Positions 26,546 through 38,502 of a stretch of 64,000 nucleotides of DNA are shown here, piece by piece. The stretch's first letter is position 1, and the number at the start of each line of letters is the position of its first letter. Below the pieces are notes generated by a model. The model was not told the origin of the DNA, made no database searches, and saw nothing but the letters and a program-made list of their open reading frames with translations. The position numbers and the translations under genes are program-made. The DNA is from Oculina patagonica (Eukaryota): positions 8,370,001 through 8,434,000 of the forward strand of contig NC_135758.1 of the NCBI RefSeq assembly GCF_052425735.1, read 5' to 3'.

Positions 26546-29500
26546 ATGGAAAACGTGGAAGAGATTCTTCAGGCTCTTTTTATTGGCATTGCAGTGGCGT
26601 CAGTGTTGCTGCAGACATGTCGTAACAGTGAGGCCATTGACCTGTTCAATGAATGTTTGGTTCTTCTGAATAAGTATTCTTCAAAGTTACAAAAAGACAA
26701 ACTGGTAGAGCTTTACGCGCTTGTCTGTTACAGGCTGTTTAAACTTTACTGCCTTGTCGGTGACTTCAAAAATGCAATCCAGAGGGGTAAGAATGCGCTT
26801 CTTGTGTACCACAAAACCGGTAAAAGAGAAAGGGAAGCTGTTTTGCTTGACGAAATGGGAGATGTATATTTATCAACTGGCGAACAGGGAAAAGCCAAAG
26901 GAACACTTCTTGTCAACCTAGGAGATTATTCAGTGGCCCTTTGCGAATACGCTAACGCAATGGACTATTTTGAAAAGGCACTTATAACCTGGAAAGAGAC
27001 TGACGATAAAATGAAAGAAGGAGGAACACTCCAACAGAAGGATAAACTGAACAGATCTAGACGTAACGCGCTGATATATCACAGGCTATTTGATCTTCAC
27101 TGCCTTGTCGGTGACTGTAAGAATGCTATCCTCAGTGGCGAGAAAGCTTTCCCTTTGTACAAAGAAAGTGGTGATATTGAAAGCGCAGCTGCATTGCTCG
27201 ACAAAATTGGAAATTTGTACCAGTTTACAGGAGAACAGATGAAAGCCAAAGAAAGATACGAGGAAGCATTGGAATATTATCTAAAGTATCTGGCAATTTC
27301 GAAAGAAACTGGCAACAGAACAGAAGAAGGAAATGCACACTGCTGCCTAGGCAATCTGTATAGGAAAACGGAAGAATACCAAGAGGCAAAACAACATTAT
27401 GAAGAGGCAATTGCAATCTTGGAGGAGACTGGAGAGATGAAAGGGCAAGGAGTGGCCTATGGCGAGCTTGGGAAAGTATACAGTATTCTTCGTGAATTTC
27501 AAAAAGCAAAAACATTGCAACAGAAGGCTCTCGATATAAGCGTGAAAGTCGGGGACAAAGACGGAGAAATCATAGATTACCGAAGCCTTGCTGATGTCCA
27601 CACATCTCTAGGTGAAACTGATAAAGCGAAACATTGTTACCAAAAGGCGCTCGCTATTAGCAAAGAAGTTGGTAATAGAAAAGCAGAAGCCTTTACATAC
27701 AGTGATCTAGGGGGGGTCTATCGCGATCTGAACGACTTTATAAACGCTGAGATATTCTGCAAGAAGGCATGTGAAACATACAAAGAAATTGGCGACCTAG
27801 AAAATGAAGGATCTGAAAATAGCGACCTTGGAGAACTCTACCGTTTTGTTGGCAAATTTGACGAGGCAATAAAATGTCAGGAAAGAGCACTTTTTATCAA
27901 AAAACAAATTGGCGATAGAAGGGGAGAGGGGGGAACATACTGTAACCTTGGAACTGTTTATCAATCTCTCGGAGACTATAGTAAGGCAAAGGAATGTCAC
28001 GAAAAAGCACTTGCTATTTCCAAAGAAACCAATCACCTAAGAGGGCAGGGAGTCGACTACGGAAATCTCGGAACTGTCTGCCAGCATATTGGTGATTATG
28101 ACACAGCATACAAGTACTATAAGAAGGCACTGGAGATAAACATTCGAACTGGTCACAGCGAGGGAATAACTGCAGCATACGATTACCTGGGAGTTGTTTG
28201 TCAGCATCGTGGGGAATATGTAAAAGCCGAAAAATTTTGGCTCAGAGCCCTTGCAACCTCTAAAGAAATTGGCGATAGAACAAAAGAAGCAAACATCTTA
28301 GCAAATTTGGGAAACATACAGACAATGATTGGCGAACCTGAAAAAGCGAAAGAGTTATACGAAGAGGCACTCCAAATCAGCAAAGAAGAAGGAGACATCA
28401 TGAAAGAAGCTATGATGAATTGTAACCTTGGAACTGTTTATCATTCTCTTGGTGATATGACTATGGCCAAGAAGTTTCTCGAAAAGTCACTCGATATCAG
28501 AAAACGAATTGGGAGCAAAGATGGAGAAGGCATTGTACTCGGTAACTTAGGAATTTTGCATACTTTACTGGGTGAATACGCTAAGGCGAGAAAGCATTTC
28601 GAACAGGCACTGGAAATTGCAACACAAACCGTTGACAAAAATGGTGAAATGGAAATAAACAACAACCTAGGATCGTTGCACTTGTCTCAGAATGAATTAC
28701 AGAAAGCATTAGAATTCTTCAAAACAGCACTTCAAATCTGTGAACAAATGGGAGACGTCCATGGGAAGAGCAGGGCCTACTGCAACGTAGCAGTGGTATA
28801 TATGGCGTCTCAAGATAAATCCAAAGCTCTATCGTATCTCTCAGCAAGCATTAAGAGCCTCGAAGAGATGCGGGTATCAATTGGGGAGAGCGAATATTAC
28901 AAGATTGGCTTTGCTGACCAAAATACTGCTCCTTATCGATTAATGGTTACCGTGTTGTTGAAACTAAAATGCGTGAACAAGGCTTTGTCAATCTCAGAAC
29001 TTGCACGAGCCAGAACACTAGCAGAGTTAATGGCAACTACATATTCCCGCAAGGATTTGCCTGGTTTTGATTCCAATCGATGGATTGACTTCACGAATGT
29101 CATCCAAAACAATTCTAGCACATGTCTATCATTTTGTTTTGTGCAAGAAATTCTTCTCTGTTGGATTGTAAGGGCTGGTAGGGTAGAAGTTGTAACAATC
29201 AAAAATCTCACGGCAGACATCCGACCTCAAGATGCATCCATTCAAGACTGGCTGGAGAGTTTGGCGAATCAGTGCTACAGAAAGTTTTTACTTTTACAAG
29301 GAGAACGCTGTGAAGATCGCTCTTTTATATGGGATGAAAATACTGCGCCAAGATCCCGATCAAAAGTTGAAGAAGGTGTCAGTGCTTCTCAGGTCACAGA
29401 CAAGGAAGAAGAAGGAGAAAAGGAACCACGCGCTCTTAAAGATTTGTATAGCATCATCATAGCCCCTGTGCATAAATTTCTGGAAGGATCTGAGATCATC

Positions 29501-30274
29501 ATCGTTCCTGATCGTTCATTATACAGAATTCCTTTTGCAGCGTTGATGGACGAGAGTGGAAGTTATCTGTCTGAAAAGTTCAGGATTCGTTTCATTCCTT
29601 CCTTGACGACTCTCAAGCTGATCCAAGAGAGTCCAGCGAACTATCACAGTCAGACAGGTGTCCTGATTGTGGGGGATCCTGAAGTAGGCCTCCCAGAGTC
29701 ATGCCCCCCACTTCCCTGTGCGAGAGAGGAAGCAGAGATGATCGGACGGTTGCTGCATGTTCGCCCTTTAACTGGAAAACAAGCCACCAAGCAAGCTGTG
29801 CTTCAGAAGATACACTCAGTGAGTCTTATTCACATCGCTGCACACGGCAATGCAGACAGGGGAGATATCGCCTTAGCCCCTGCCCAGCATATAAAAGGCA
29901 AACCGAAAAAGGAGGACTTCGTGCTGACAATGTCCGATATATCAAAAGTTCAGCTGCGAGCCAAGCTGGTGGTGCTCAGCTGCTGTCACAGTGGACGCGG
30001 GCAAATCAAAGCTGAAGGAGTTGTTGGAATCGCTCGATCGTTCTTAGGATCTGGCGCACGGTTAGTGTTGGTGTCTATGTGGGCTGTGGACGACAGTGCA
30101 ACGATGGAGTTCATGAAGCAATTCTATGGACACTTGGTCCGTGGGAAGAGTGCCGGTGAGTCTCTTCACGAGACCATGAAATGGATGAGAGGAAATCCAC
30201 AATACAGTGAAGTGAGAAAGTGGGCACCATTCATGCTTATTGGAGATGATGTGTCATTTAACTTCGAAAAGTGA
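26546..30274 (+). CDS. TPR-CHAT domain protein copy 3 (TTC28-like architecture, predicted active protease), intact, ~1242 aa
   Basis: Uninterrupted ORF. The start is set at MENVEEILQ by homology, because the ORF-finder start at 26405 runs into intron-like sequence. It has 40-aa TPR periodicity and the CHAT motifs [43 protein letters not shown] and WAPF. Confidence 0.93.
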   Translation: MENVEEILQALFIGIAVASVLLQTCRNSEAIDLFNECLVLLNKYSSKLQKDKLVELYALVCYRLFKLYCLVGDFKNAIQRGKNALLVYHKTGKREREAVLLDEMGDVYLSTGEQGKAKGTLLVNLGDYSVALCEYANAMDYFEKALITWKETDDKMKEGGTLQQKDKLNRSRRNALIYHRLFDLHCLVGDCKNAILSGEKAFPLYKESGDIESAAALLDKIGNLYQFTGEQMKAKERYEEALEYYLKYLAISKETGNRTEEGNAHCCLGNLYRKTEEYQEAKQHYEEAIAILEETGEMKGQGVAYGELGKVYSILREFQKAKTLQQKALDISVKVGDKDGEIIDYRSLADVHTSLGETDKAKHCYQKALAISKEVGNRKAEAFTYSDLGGVYRDLNDFINAEIFCKKACETYKEIGDLENEGSENSDLGELYRFVGKFDEAIKCQERALFIKKQIGDRRGEGGTYCNLGTVYQSLGDYSKAKECHEKALAISKETNHLRGQGVDYGNLGTVCQHIGDYDTAYKYYKKALEINIRTGHSEGITAAYDYLGVVCQHRGEYVKAEKFWLRALATSKEIGDRTKEANILANLGNIQTMIGEPEKAKELYEEALQISKEEGDIMKEAMMNCNLGTVYHSLGDMTMAKKFLEKSLDIRKRIGSKDGEGIVLGNLGILHTLLGEYAKARKHFEQALEIATQTVDKNGEMEINNNLGSLHLSQNELQKALEFFKTALQICEQMGDVHGKSRAYCNVAVVYMASQDKSKALSYLSASIKSLEEMRVSIGESEYYKIGFADQNTAPYRLMVTVLLKLKCVNKALSISELARARTLAELMATTYSRKDLPGFDSNRWIDFTNVIQNNSSTCLSFCFVQEILLCWIVRAGRVEVVTIKNLTADIRPQDASIQDWLESLANQCYRKFLLLQGERCEDRSFIWDENTAPRSRSKVEEGVSASQVTDKEEEGEKEPRALKDLYSIIIAPVHKFLEGSEIIIVPDRSLYRIPFAALMDESGSYLSEKFRIRFIPSLTTLKLIQESPANYHSQTGVLIVGDPEVGLPESCPPLPCAREEAEMIGRLLHVRPLTGKQATKQAVLQKIHSVSLIHIAAHGNADRGDIALAPAQHIKGKPKKEDFVLTMSDISKVQLRAKLVVLSCCHSGRGQIKAEGVVGIARSFLGSGARLVLVSMWAVDDSATMEFMKQFYGHLVRGKSAGESLHETMKWMRGNPQYSEVRKWAPFMLIGDDVSFNFEK

Positions 30275-33200
30275 ATGTAAGTGCTGAGTTTTACGTTTTT
30301 GGCCTTTCGTTGATGTATATAGTTATTGAATGTAGGAAATATATCTAGAAGGCATGCTGATTCAATGGTAAATGGAGGTGACATGTCATTTACATTCAGG
30401 AAATGAATGTAGAATGAGTGAAGAATGACTTTTGATTTGTTTGTGGTGCACACCGATTATAGCGCGACTGCATATCCAACTAATGTCACCCGATAAATTA
30501 TGTATAAGATGTTTCTGTAATGGATTCCCAAAAAGATATTAGCGATCTAACAACCTGCACGCTACATATTTGATAAAGTTGTGTCCATTTTCATCTTTTT
30601 AATTCTCAATCTCTTAAAGACAAGTTGCAAAGAACTTTATTGAAATGGGTAGTTTGGTTTGGGTAGTCGCACAGTAGACGATCATGTAGGAAGTGTACCC
30701 AGTGTAAAAGCTGTCTATACACGGTATGCTCAGGTTGTTGTACAAAGAATTGGAGTATGTCATGCCCAGGTAAACACGATTTGCTTTTTTAAAAGTATGC
30801 GCGCGAGAATGACAAAAATGCGTTAGGAGACCCCTTTTAATTCATTAGGCTATAAGGCAGAGCCTGTTATTACTGACGTATTTTGTGTTTTTTGTTTCAG
30901 CAGGTGTCAAGTACCAGAGGGAAATAAAGAAATCTGGCAAGACAGACTGTGATTCATCTTGTTGTAAAAGAACTACAAAAAGGAACAAAAATTAAGATTA
31001 GAATTGTACACGTACAGAGCTTTTCTATTTTTATCTTGATGTTGACATAGGATGTTTGAAGTCTTCGTTGTTGATTTTTAGTTTGTTGGGTCGTCAACGC
31101 TTTAAGGTAATGAAACCTAGTAGGCTTGGATTCTCTAGTCATTTGATCAACAGAGATATATAGAAAAATGTGATGCTGAAGCCAAAGTAACGTTCCTGAA
31201 GCGCTGAGCAAACTGGTTTGCGTACATATTTTCGTCGACTTTTATGTTTCTATAGTAGTGTCCTTTTACAAGGAAAAACTTTATCAGATATCCTATCACG
31301 TATTATTTGAAAATGAAAGTGTAAAACTAATACATAATTGTACATTTGGACGCTATACAGGGCGTACCTATTTGCAACATACGCGTACAGCCGTCGTATT
31401 TGCCCGTTGAAATTTTCTATTTTTTTTAGCTAACAGTAAAAAATTCCAACGGGTAAATGGGACAAAAATATCCACAGTTGTGCTATATTGGAATTTCCTG
31501 ACCAGTGTAGATTGAAGCCGTTAGTTGCATTTTCTTTGTATTTTACGATAATTGGGGTCGTTGTAACGTACCGGTTACTCAATTGTATCTGGCAAAAGCA
31601 TTTACTATATATAAAGGATTGTGTAGTTGTAGTAAAAAAGATGACAAATTCGAAGATATACTCATAATTAGGCTCGGAGAGACATGCAGATGAAATAAGT
31701 TAGTGCTTTGATAGAAAGATGCTTAGACTGTTTCCGCTCAGGTATTGAACACTACAATCAATTTAATTAGTTTTAATACTTGGCTACTTTCTTAAGCACT
31801 CAAAAGTTTGTGTTAGTGTGTATATGAATAAACGCTTTTATATGTCACAAATCAGAGATTTGAATCGTTTCGTTAGCAAAATCGACAGATCAACCAAAGT
31901 AAGACCGCATTTATGAATGAATTTCCCCCACGACTCTCTTGGTTACCTTCCTTTCAGTGCACTCGGATGCGATTTCCGTCATGGGAGGCTTAATAACGAG
32001 GCTTTAGACTGACTAAATAGCTGTTATTGCAGTTCTGGGAAGCTTGACATACAAACGAGGCGAAAGTCATTCTGCATTGTGTTAACCGATGTGTTGACCC
32101 TTTCGCCTCGTTCGCATATCTTCTAACAGAAAGAATTTATTATCGCAAACTCAGCTGCAATAACAGCTATTAAATATAGCGTTTGGTCCAGTGATCATGA
32201 GAAAAATAACCGTGGAGAAGTAAAAAGTAAAAAACGTTGCCTTTGTATTTGATCAGTTCTGTCCTTCGCACAATTTGGTCGCCCATCCAGTCAAAAGCTC
32301 GATATCTGTAACAAGACATAATTATGAGCTGTAGAACACTTTTGTCCACAGAGGTGGCTATTGGTCTCATTTCCTACCAAATCAAAACACAAATTAAGGA
32401 ATAAGGAGTAGTGGAGCGAAATATTCCAGCGGAACAAAAAGCTCTTCCAACCCACTGCTACGCGTAGACATCTCCTTCCTGCCATCACAGGCTATTCCTA
32501 CTCATGCTGCTTTGTTTTGTTTTGTTTTGTCTTTTTTTTTGTTTATGGCTGACAAGTCTTCCGAGCAGGAAAATCCTTTTGTTCGCGTTTCCTTGTCCGA
32601 TTCCTGATTTTAGGGAACTTACATGAGGTAGATAATGAGAAGCAGACATCACGAAAGCAATTTCGTCTTCCGCTTTCGTTTTGGAACAACCCGGTAAGTA
32701 CAGCTTGTATCTTGTATTGTACTGGAATAAGGCATTAGAAATAGTACTTAAATATTTCAGTGAAATTAATCTTGGTTCGATAAAGTTCACTAAACGGCTG
32801 ACTTGTTGCGTGGCTTGAGTTTGAAGCGGAAAGTTAAAAGATTTCAATCTATTCATCGTCGCGGCCATCATTTATTAATTCTTGCTTCGAATGCAAAGAC
32901 AATCAAAGCGTGAAAGATAATGTTTATAAGGGAATTCATAATGGTAATTGAACTGAGTGGAGTGCAATTTGGTCTGAAATCATACGCGTGATTTCAAAAT
33001 CGAACGAGCGCGTAGCGCGAGTTTGATTTGAAATCACAAGTATGATTTCAGACCAAAATTGCACGACACGAAGTTCAATTACCACTTTATTACATCCATT
33101 TTGAAATCGCACAATTTAGATTTTAATCAGTACCAATATTTAATTTTTATTAATCCAGTAGCCGATTGGAAAGAAAGCGGAACCGGAAACACTTTTACAT

Positions 33201-33738
33201 CCCTGACAACAGGAAGACTAACACGTCATGTGTCAAAAAGTCAGTCGAGCGTAACGAAGGAAAACAGTTTTCATTCAAGGAAAATCGCGCAGTTCTCAAG
33301 CAGAACAAAAACAGTTTTATGTACTTCAACGTTCAATCCTCGTTATATGACTCGGTGATGTAACCCCATCGTTTGTTCTGAGGTTGTGGTCGAGACTTCT
33401 CGTTGTCTTTGTAGGAGAAAATGGTGCAACCTAATCGTGTTGAGGATTTCTTGTGAGCTGAGAAACTCTCTCGATCGCACGATGCTCAGGTCTCGATCAG
33501 GTCAGTGGATGGCTTTTCTCCTTCAAATGCCGTTTAATGGCACTTTACATGATTTAAAGGGATTCCTGCTTGTAATATTCTCCGTCCTTTTTGACCTCAG
33601 GTTAGAACTGATCTTGTCAAGTTGTTTCGGTGGCATTGTTTTCGTGTGGTGAGATTTTCAAGATGGCGGAACTGGCACTAGCATCTGATAGACATTCAAT
33701 CATCGTTTTGTCGTATTTTGGCGTATTTTTATTTACAG

Positions 33739-36700
33739 TGTTATAGTTTGTAATGCCATTTCTGTGCATGATCTGCGGACCTATGTACATGCGCACTAGG
33801 TGCCTGCTCCTCGTGTGTAGAGAATAAAATCCTTGTGTTGATCTAGGTTTGTTCTCACGATGTTTGTTCATGAATCCTGATTCCACGGACCCGAATCACA
33901 ACATGGTGTCAGAAGCGGTCGACTAATAACCTCGTCAGGATTTTCAAGCGAATTCAGGCACCAGGCCGGTGCACTTCCACGCTTTAATTGAGCAGAACGC
34001 ATCGCATCGCAAACCACAGCGAAAACAAACATGGCGGAACTTGCCGGTCTACCAACTCCACGCATGGATTGGTCTTCATCGGATGTGCCCCAGGCACTCA
34101 AAAAATTCAAAAACTTGTGTGAGCTATACTTCTCTGGTCCCCTAAAGGACAAAAGCGAAGAAGAGCAAGTAAGTTATCTGTTAATATGGTCAGGCGAAGA
34201 AGGCATCGAGCTGGTCTCCACGTGGTCGCTCACAGCCGATGAAAAGAAAAAGCTTAGCACGTACTGGAAAAAATTCGAAGAATACGTAGCGCCCAAAAGC
34301 AACTTCAGATTGTCGCGATACAAGCTTCGCACCTTGAAACAAGAACCGGGAGAATCTGTCGACTCCTTTCTCAAAAAGGTTCGCCTCCTAGTGAAAGAGT
34401 GCAAGTATACAAGCCCTAATGAGCATATCATCGACGCGCTAATCTTCGGATCTAACAACCCGCGTGTACAGTCGAAGCTTCTGGAACACGATGCAACCCT
34501 CACACTCGACAAGGCGATTGACACTGCAAGAACGCAGGAGTCGACAAGCAACCAGCTACAAGAATTCCGGGGCAGCCAAGACACCACAGTAAACGCTTTG
34601 AGACAAAGTGGAAATACGCGGGAACGACCAGCACAGGATCCCCCAAAATCGCAAGAGACCAGATGTGGGCACTGTGGGAACTTTCATGACATGTCTGCAC
34701 AATCACTCTGTCCAGCATATGGAACAAGGTGCAAGGCTTGTGGCAAGTGGAACCACTGGAGTCAGGTGTGTCGTTCTACCCAAAAGACCAAGCCTAGCAG
34801 TAGACAAGCCAAACGTTCTGGCCAAGAACACAAACAAAGACAAGGAATAAATGCCCTGGATACCACTGAACCAGATGATGACGCACCAATGGGAGCCACA
34901 CCAGGTACTTCCCAACTGTACTTTCACTCTTTGTGTATAGACAGTCTATCAAAGACCGACACCCAAGCAGTGCTACGGATCGAAGTTAAATCTGGTCAGT
35001 GTGTTACACCCCTACTATGCAAAATTGACACAGGAGCTGAAGGGAATGTTATCCCTGTAAACACGTACAAACAGCTGTATCCAGAATCAGCCTACGACTC
35101 ATATGGTGCTCCTCTTGGATTAACTCCCTCTGCCACAACCATCACTGCCTTTGGTGGCCAAACTATACAGCACTATGGCACATGTTCGCTCACCCTGTCA
35201 CACAATGGTTATTCCAACACCTACCCATTTCATGTGGTGAACACTACTGGACCAACTATTCTGGGCCTGCCAACATGCAGAGACATGAACCTAGTCACCT
35301 TGAACTACAGCATCACTACCCAGCAAGACCTGACTTCCACACAAAAACCTGTGGGTAACCCAGCTGCCAAAACAGAAATACTCCAGCAGTATCAAGATTG
35401 CTTCAAGGGTATCGGCTGTTTCAAGGGAGAGTTTCACATCACACTAGACCCCACTGTTCCACCTGTTGTACACCCACCACGACGTGTACCGGAGGCCCTG
35501 CGTGATCCACTCAAAAAGGAACTTGATGAGCTCGAGAAACAAGGCATAATTGCCAGGGTTGATGAGCCCACTGACTGGGTCAATTCCTTGGTATGTGTTA
35601 CAAAGAGCAATGGTGCACTCAGACTCTGTCTAGACCCAAAAGACCTCAACCGAGCCATCAAACGCCCACATCATTGCACTCCAACATTAGATGAGGTTCT
35701 TCCCAAACTCAATGGTGCAAAGTATTTTTCTATCGTTGACGCCCGCAGTGGGTATTGGAACATCCAACTGGATCACCAAAGCTCACTTTACACCACCTTT
35801 AACTCACTGCATGGCAGGTACAGATTTCTGCGACTTCCATTTGGGTTGATCTGTGCCCAGGACATATTCCAGAAGAAGGTTGACGAAACATTTGGCGATT
35901 TACCCGGAGTAACTGGCATAGCTGATGACATCATTGTCTATGGGTACAAAAAAGACCATAGCGATCATGATGCTAACCTCAGAGCTGTCATGGAACGCGC
36001 ACGTGAAACTGGCCTCCGTTTCAATGCAGATAAATGCAAGATAAGATGTACCGAGATACCATTCTTTGGTCACATCATCAGTGCCAGTGGCCTAAGGCCA
36101 GACCCACAAAAATGGAAGCAATTGAGAAGATGGACCCTTCTGGAAGCCTTGCCGACCTGCAATCCTTCCTTGGTATGACACAGTTCCTCAGCCGATTTGT
36201 ACCTAACCTAGCCTCCATATCATCCAACCTATGGGACCTGACCAAGGAGAGCAGTGACTTCCAGTGGAGCCCTGAGCACCAGTCTGCTATAGACAAAATC
36301 AAAGATGCAATCACATCTGCTGGTTCGCTCCAGTACTTCGACAGTGCAAAACCAGTGACCATTCAAGTTGACGCATCCCTACGTGGTCTTGGAGCAACCC
36401 TTATCCAGGAAAGAGGGCCTGTCGAATACAGAAGTAAGCTCCTAACTGAAACAGAAACCCGCTACTCAAACATTGAGAGAGAAATGCTAGCTGTTGTGCA
36501 TGGCCTTGAGAAGTTCCATTACTATGCATATGGACGACACGTCACTGTCGAGACAGACCACAAGCCATTAGAGGCGATTTTCAAAAAACACCTCTCAACT
36601 GCTCCACCACGCATCGCAAGAATGATGCTCCGGATTCAGAAGTACGACGTGGAGATCAAGTATGTCCCAGGAAAGGAAGTACCACTGGCGGACGCATTGT

Positions 36701-38502
36701 CTAGAATCAGCCTATGTCCAGGTGACACAATTGAAGGGCTTGACGTGTCAGTCCATGAACTCCACCTACATCTAAATGCCAGCCCGACAAGAATTGACCA
36801 AATAAAAGAAGAAACATCTAAAGATGAAGTGCTCCTCTCCCTCCGCACAGTCGTCACACAGGGATGGCCCAACACAAGATCAGAATGTCCATCACATCTT
36901 CATGCCTATTGGAATTACCGTGATGAACTAACTGTTGCAGATGGTGTCATCCTAAAGGGCACACGCATCCTGATCCCAACAAGCCTACAGCCTGCCGTGT
37001 TACAGCAGTTGCACTATGCACACCAAGGCGCAGAAAAGTGTAAACTTCGTGCCAAAGGATCTGTGTTTTGGGCCAACATAAACCGTGACATAGAGGAGAT
37101 GGTCAAATGCTTTGGTCCTTGCCAAAGAAATCAGAACCTAAATGTGAAAGAGCCTCTTGTGCCCCATGACATTCCACCTAAACCATGGCACACTCTAGGA
37201 TCTGATTTGTTTTTCTGGAACAACTCACCTTACCTGGTGGTATCAGACCACTACAGCAAGTTTCCATTGGTGAGGAAATTGGACAACATGCGATCAGACA
37301 CAACTGTTGCTCATTTGAAAGCCATATTTGAAGAGCATGGAATCCCATGCAAACTTGTCACAGGAAATGACACACAATTCACGTCTGCCCACTTTCAGGA
37401 ATTTAGCAGCACATATGGTTTTGATCATGTTACGACAAGTCCATACTTCCCACAAGCTAATGGCTTCATTGAAAGAACTTTTCAAACCGTAAAGAACCTC
37501 CTACAAAAATGCAAAGAATCTGGTGCAGACCCTCATCTTGCCATGCTATGCATGCGAAGCACACCGCTTGATCATAACATCCCATCTCCAGCCGAACTGT
37601 TGAACTCGAGAGCGTATCAAACTAACCTCCCAGCAGTTTCTAAGCCCAGCTTTTCCTCGTCAGCAGATGGTGACATAAATGCCAAACTTCAAACAAGACA
37701 GGACCAGCAGAAGTCACAGTATGACAAAACCTCAAAGATCCTTCCTGCCTTACACCCTGATGAACCAGTGCGTGTACGAAACCCACACAGCCACAAATGG
37801 GATCCTGGTGTAATCAAGAGCACTGTACAGAGCCCTCGTTCATATGTTGTTGCAATGGCAAATGGTAGTACCTTCAGGCGAAACCGTCGCCACATTCGCC
37901 CTACTGGAGAGGAGGTCAAAACACAAGGCAACAACAACACAGGCGTAGCAGAACCTGAACCAGTTTCGCCAGACATAGGCTGCACCACAACACCCAGGGC
38001 TCAACCAAGTGGAATCATCTCAACCAGTGAACAGATTACTTCAGTAACCCCCAGCACACCTTGCCTAACACCACCAGCAGAGCATGTGTCCAGAGAGATT
38101 CCACTCCGTCGCTCCTCCAGAATAGTAAAACCACCTGACAAGTTGGACCTATGAACTGAACTGTGTTGTGCACATTTTAGACTTGTTTAGTTTCTGTTTG
38201 CTGTTGATTGAAGACACTGTTCGGACAATGAACACTTGACAATATGATAACATTTTCAGTTTATTTTTATTTATTTGTTTACCTTAGTACCCTGTCTAGT
38301 ACTATTCTTTTTGCCTTCCTTCTCAGAAGGAGGAGGATGTTATAGTTTGTAATGCCATTTCTGTGCATTATCTGCGGACCTATGTACATGCGCACTAGGT
38401 GCCTGCTCCTCGTGTGTAGAGAATCAAATCCTTGTGTTGATCTAGGTTTGTTCTCACGATGTTTGTTCATGAATCCTGATTCCACGGACCCGAATCACAA
38501 CA
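33739..38502 (+). mobile_element. Full-length Ty3/Gypsy LTR retrotransposon
   Basis: 165-bp TG...CA LTRs at 33739-33903 and 38338-38502 (2 mismatches seen). 5-bp TSD TACAG at 33734-33738 and 38503-38507. PBS TGGTGTCAGAAG at 33904 (tRNA-Leu-like). PPT AGAAGGAGGAGGA at 38325-38337. Domain order gag-PR-RT-RH-INT. Confidence 0.97.
34031..38154 (+). CDS. Gypsy gag-pol polyprotein split by one frameshift at ~36110
   Basis: ORF1 contains Gag with a CCHC knuckle (CKACGKWNHWSQVC), aspartic protease IDTGA and RT (LPFGL, IADDII). ORF2 contains the RT connection, RNase H (DAS, YSNIERE, TDHKPL), integrase HHCC and the integrase core (GSDLF...ANGFIER). Confidence 0.93.

Noticed and set aside
36100-36120. 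Programmed ribosomal frameshift in the Gypsy pol
   Set aside because: The shift lies within the RT region (PDPQK/MEAI), not at the gag-pol boundary, and has no X XXY YYZ heptamer. A 1-nt deletion or homopolymer sequencing error is more likely.
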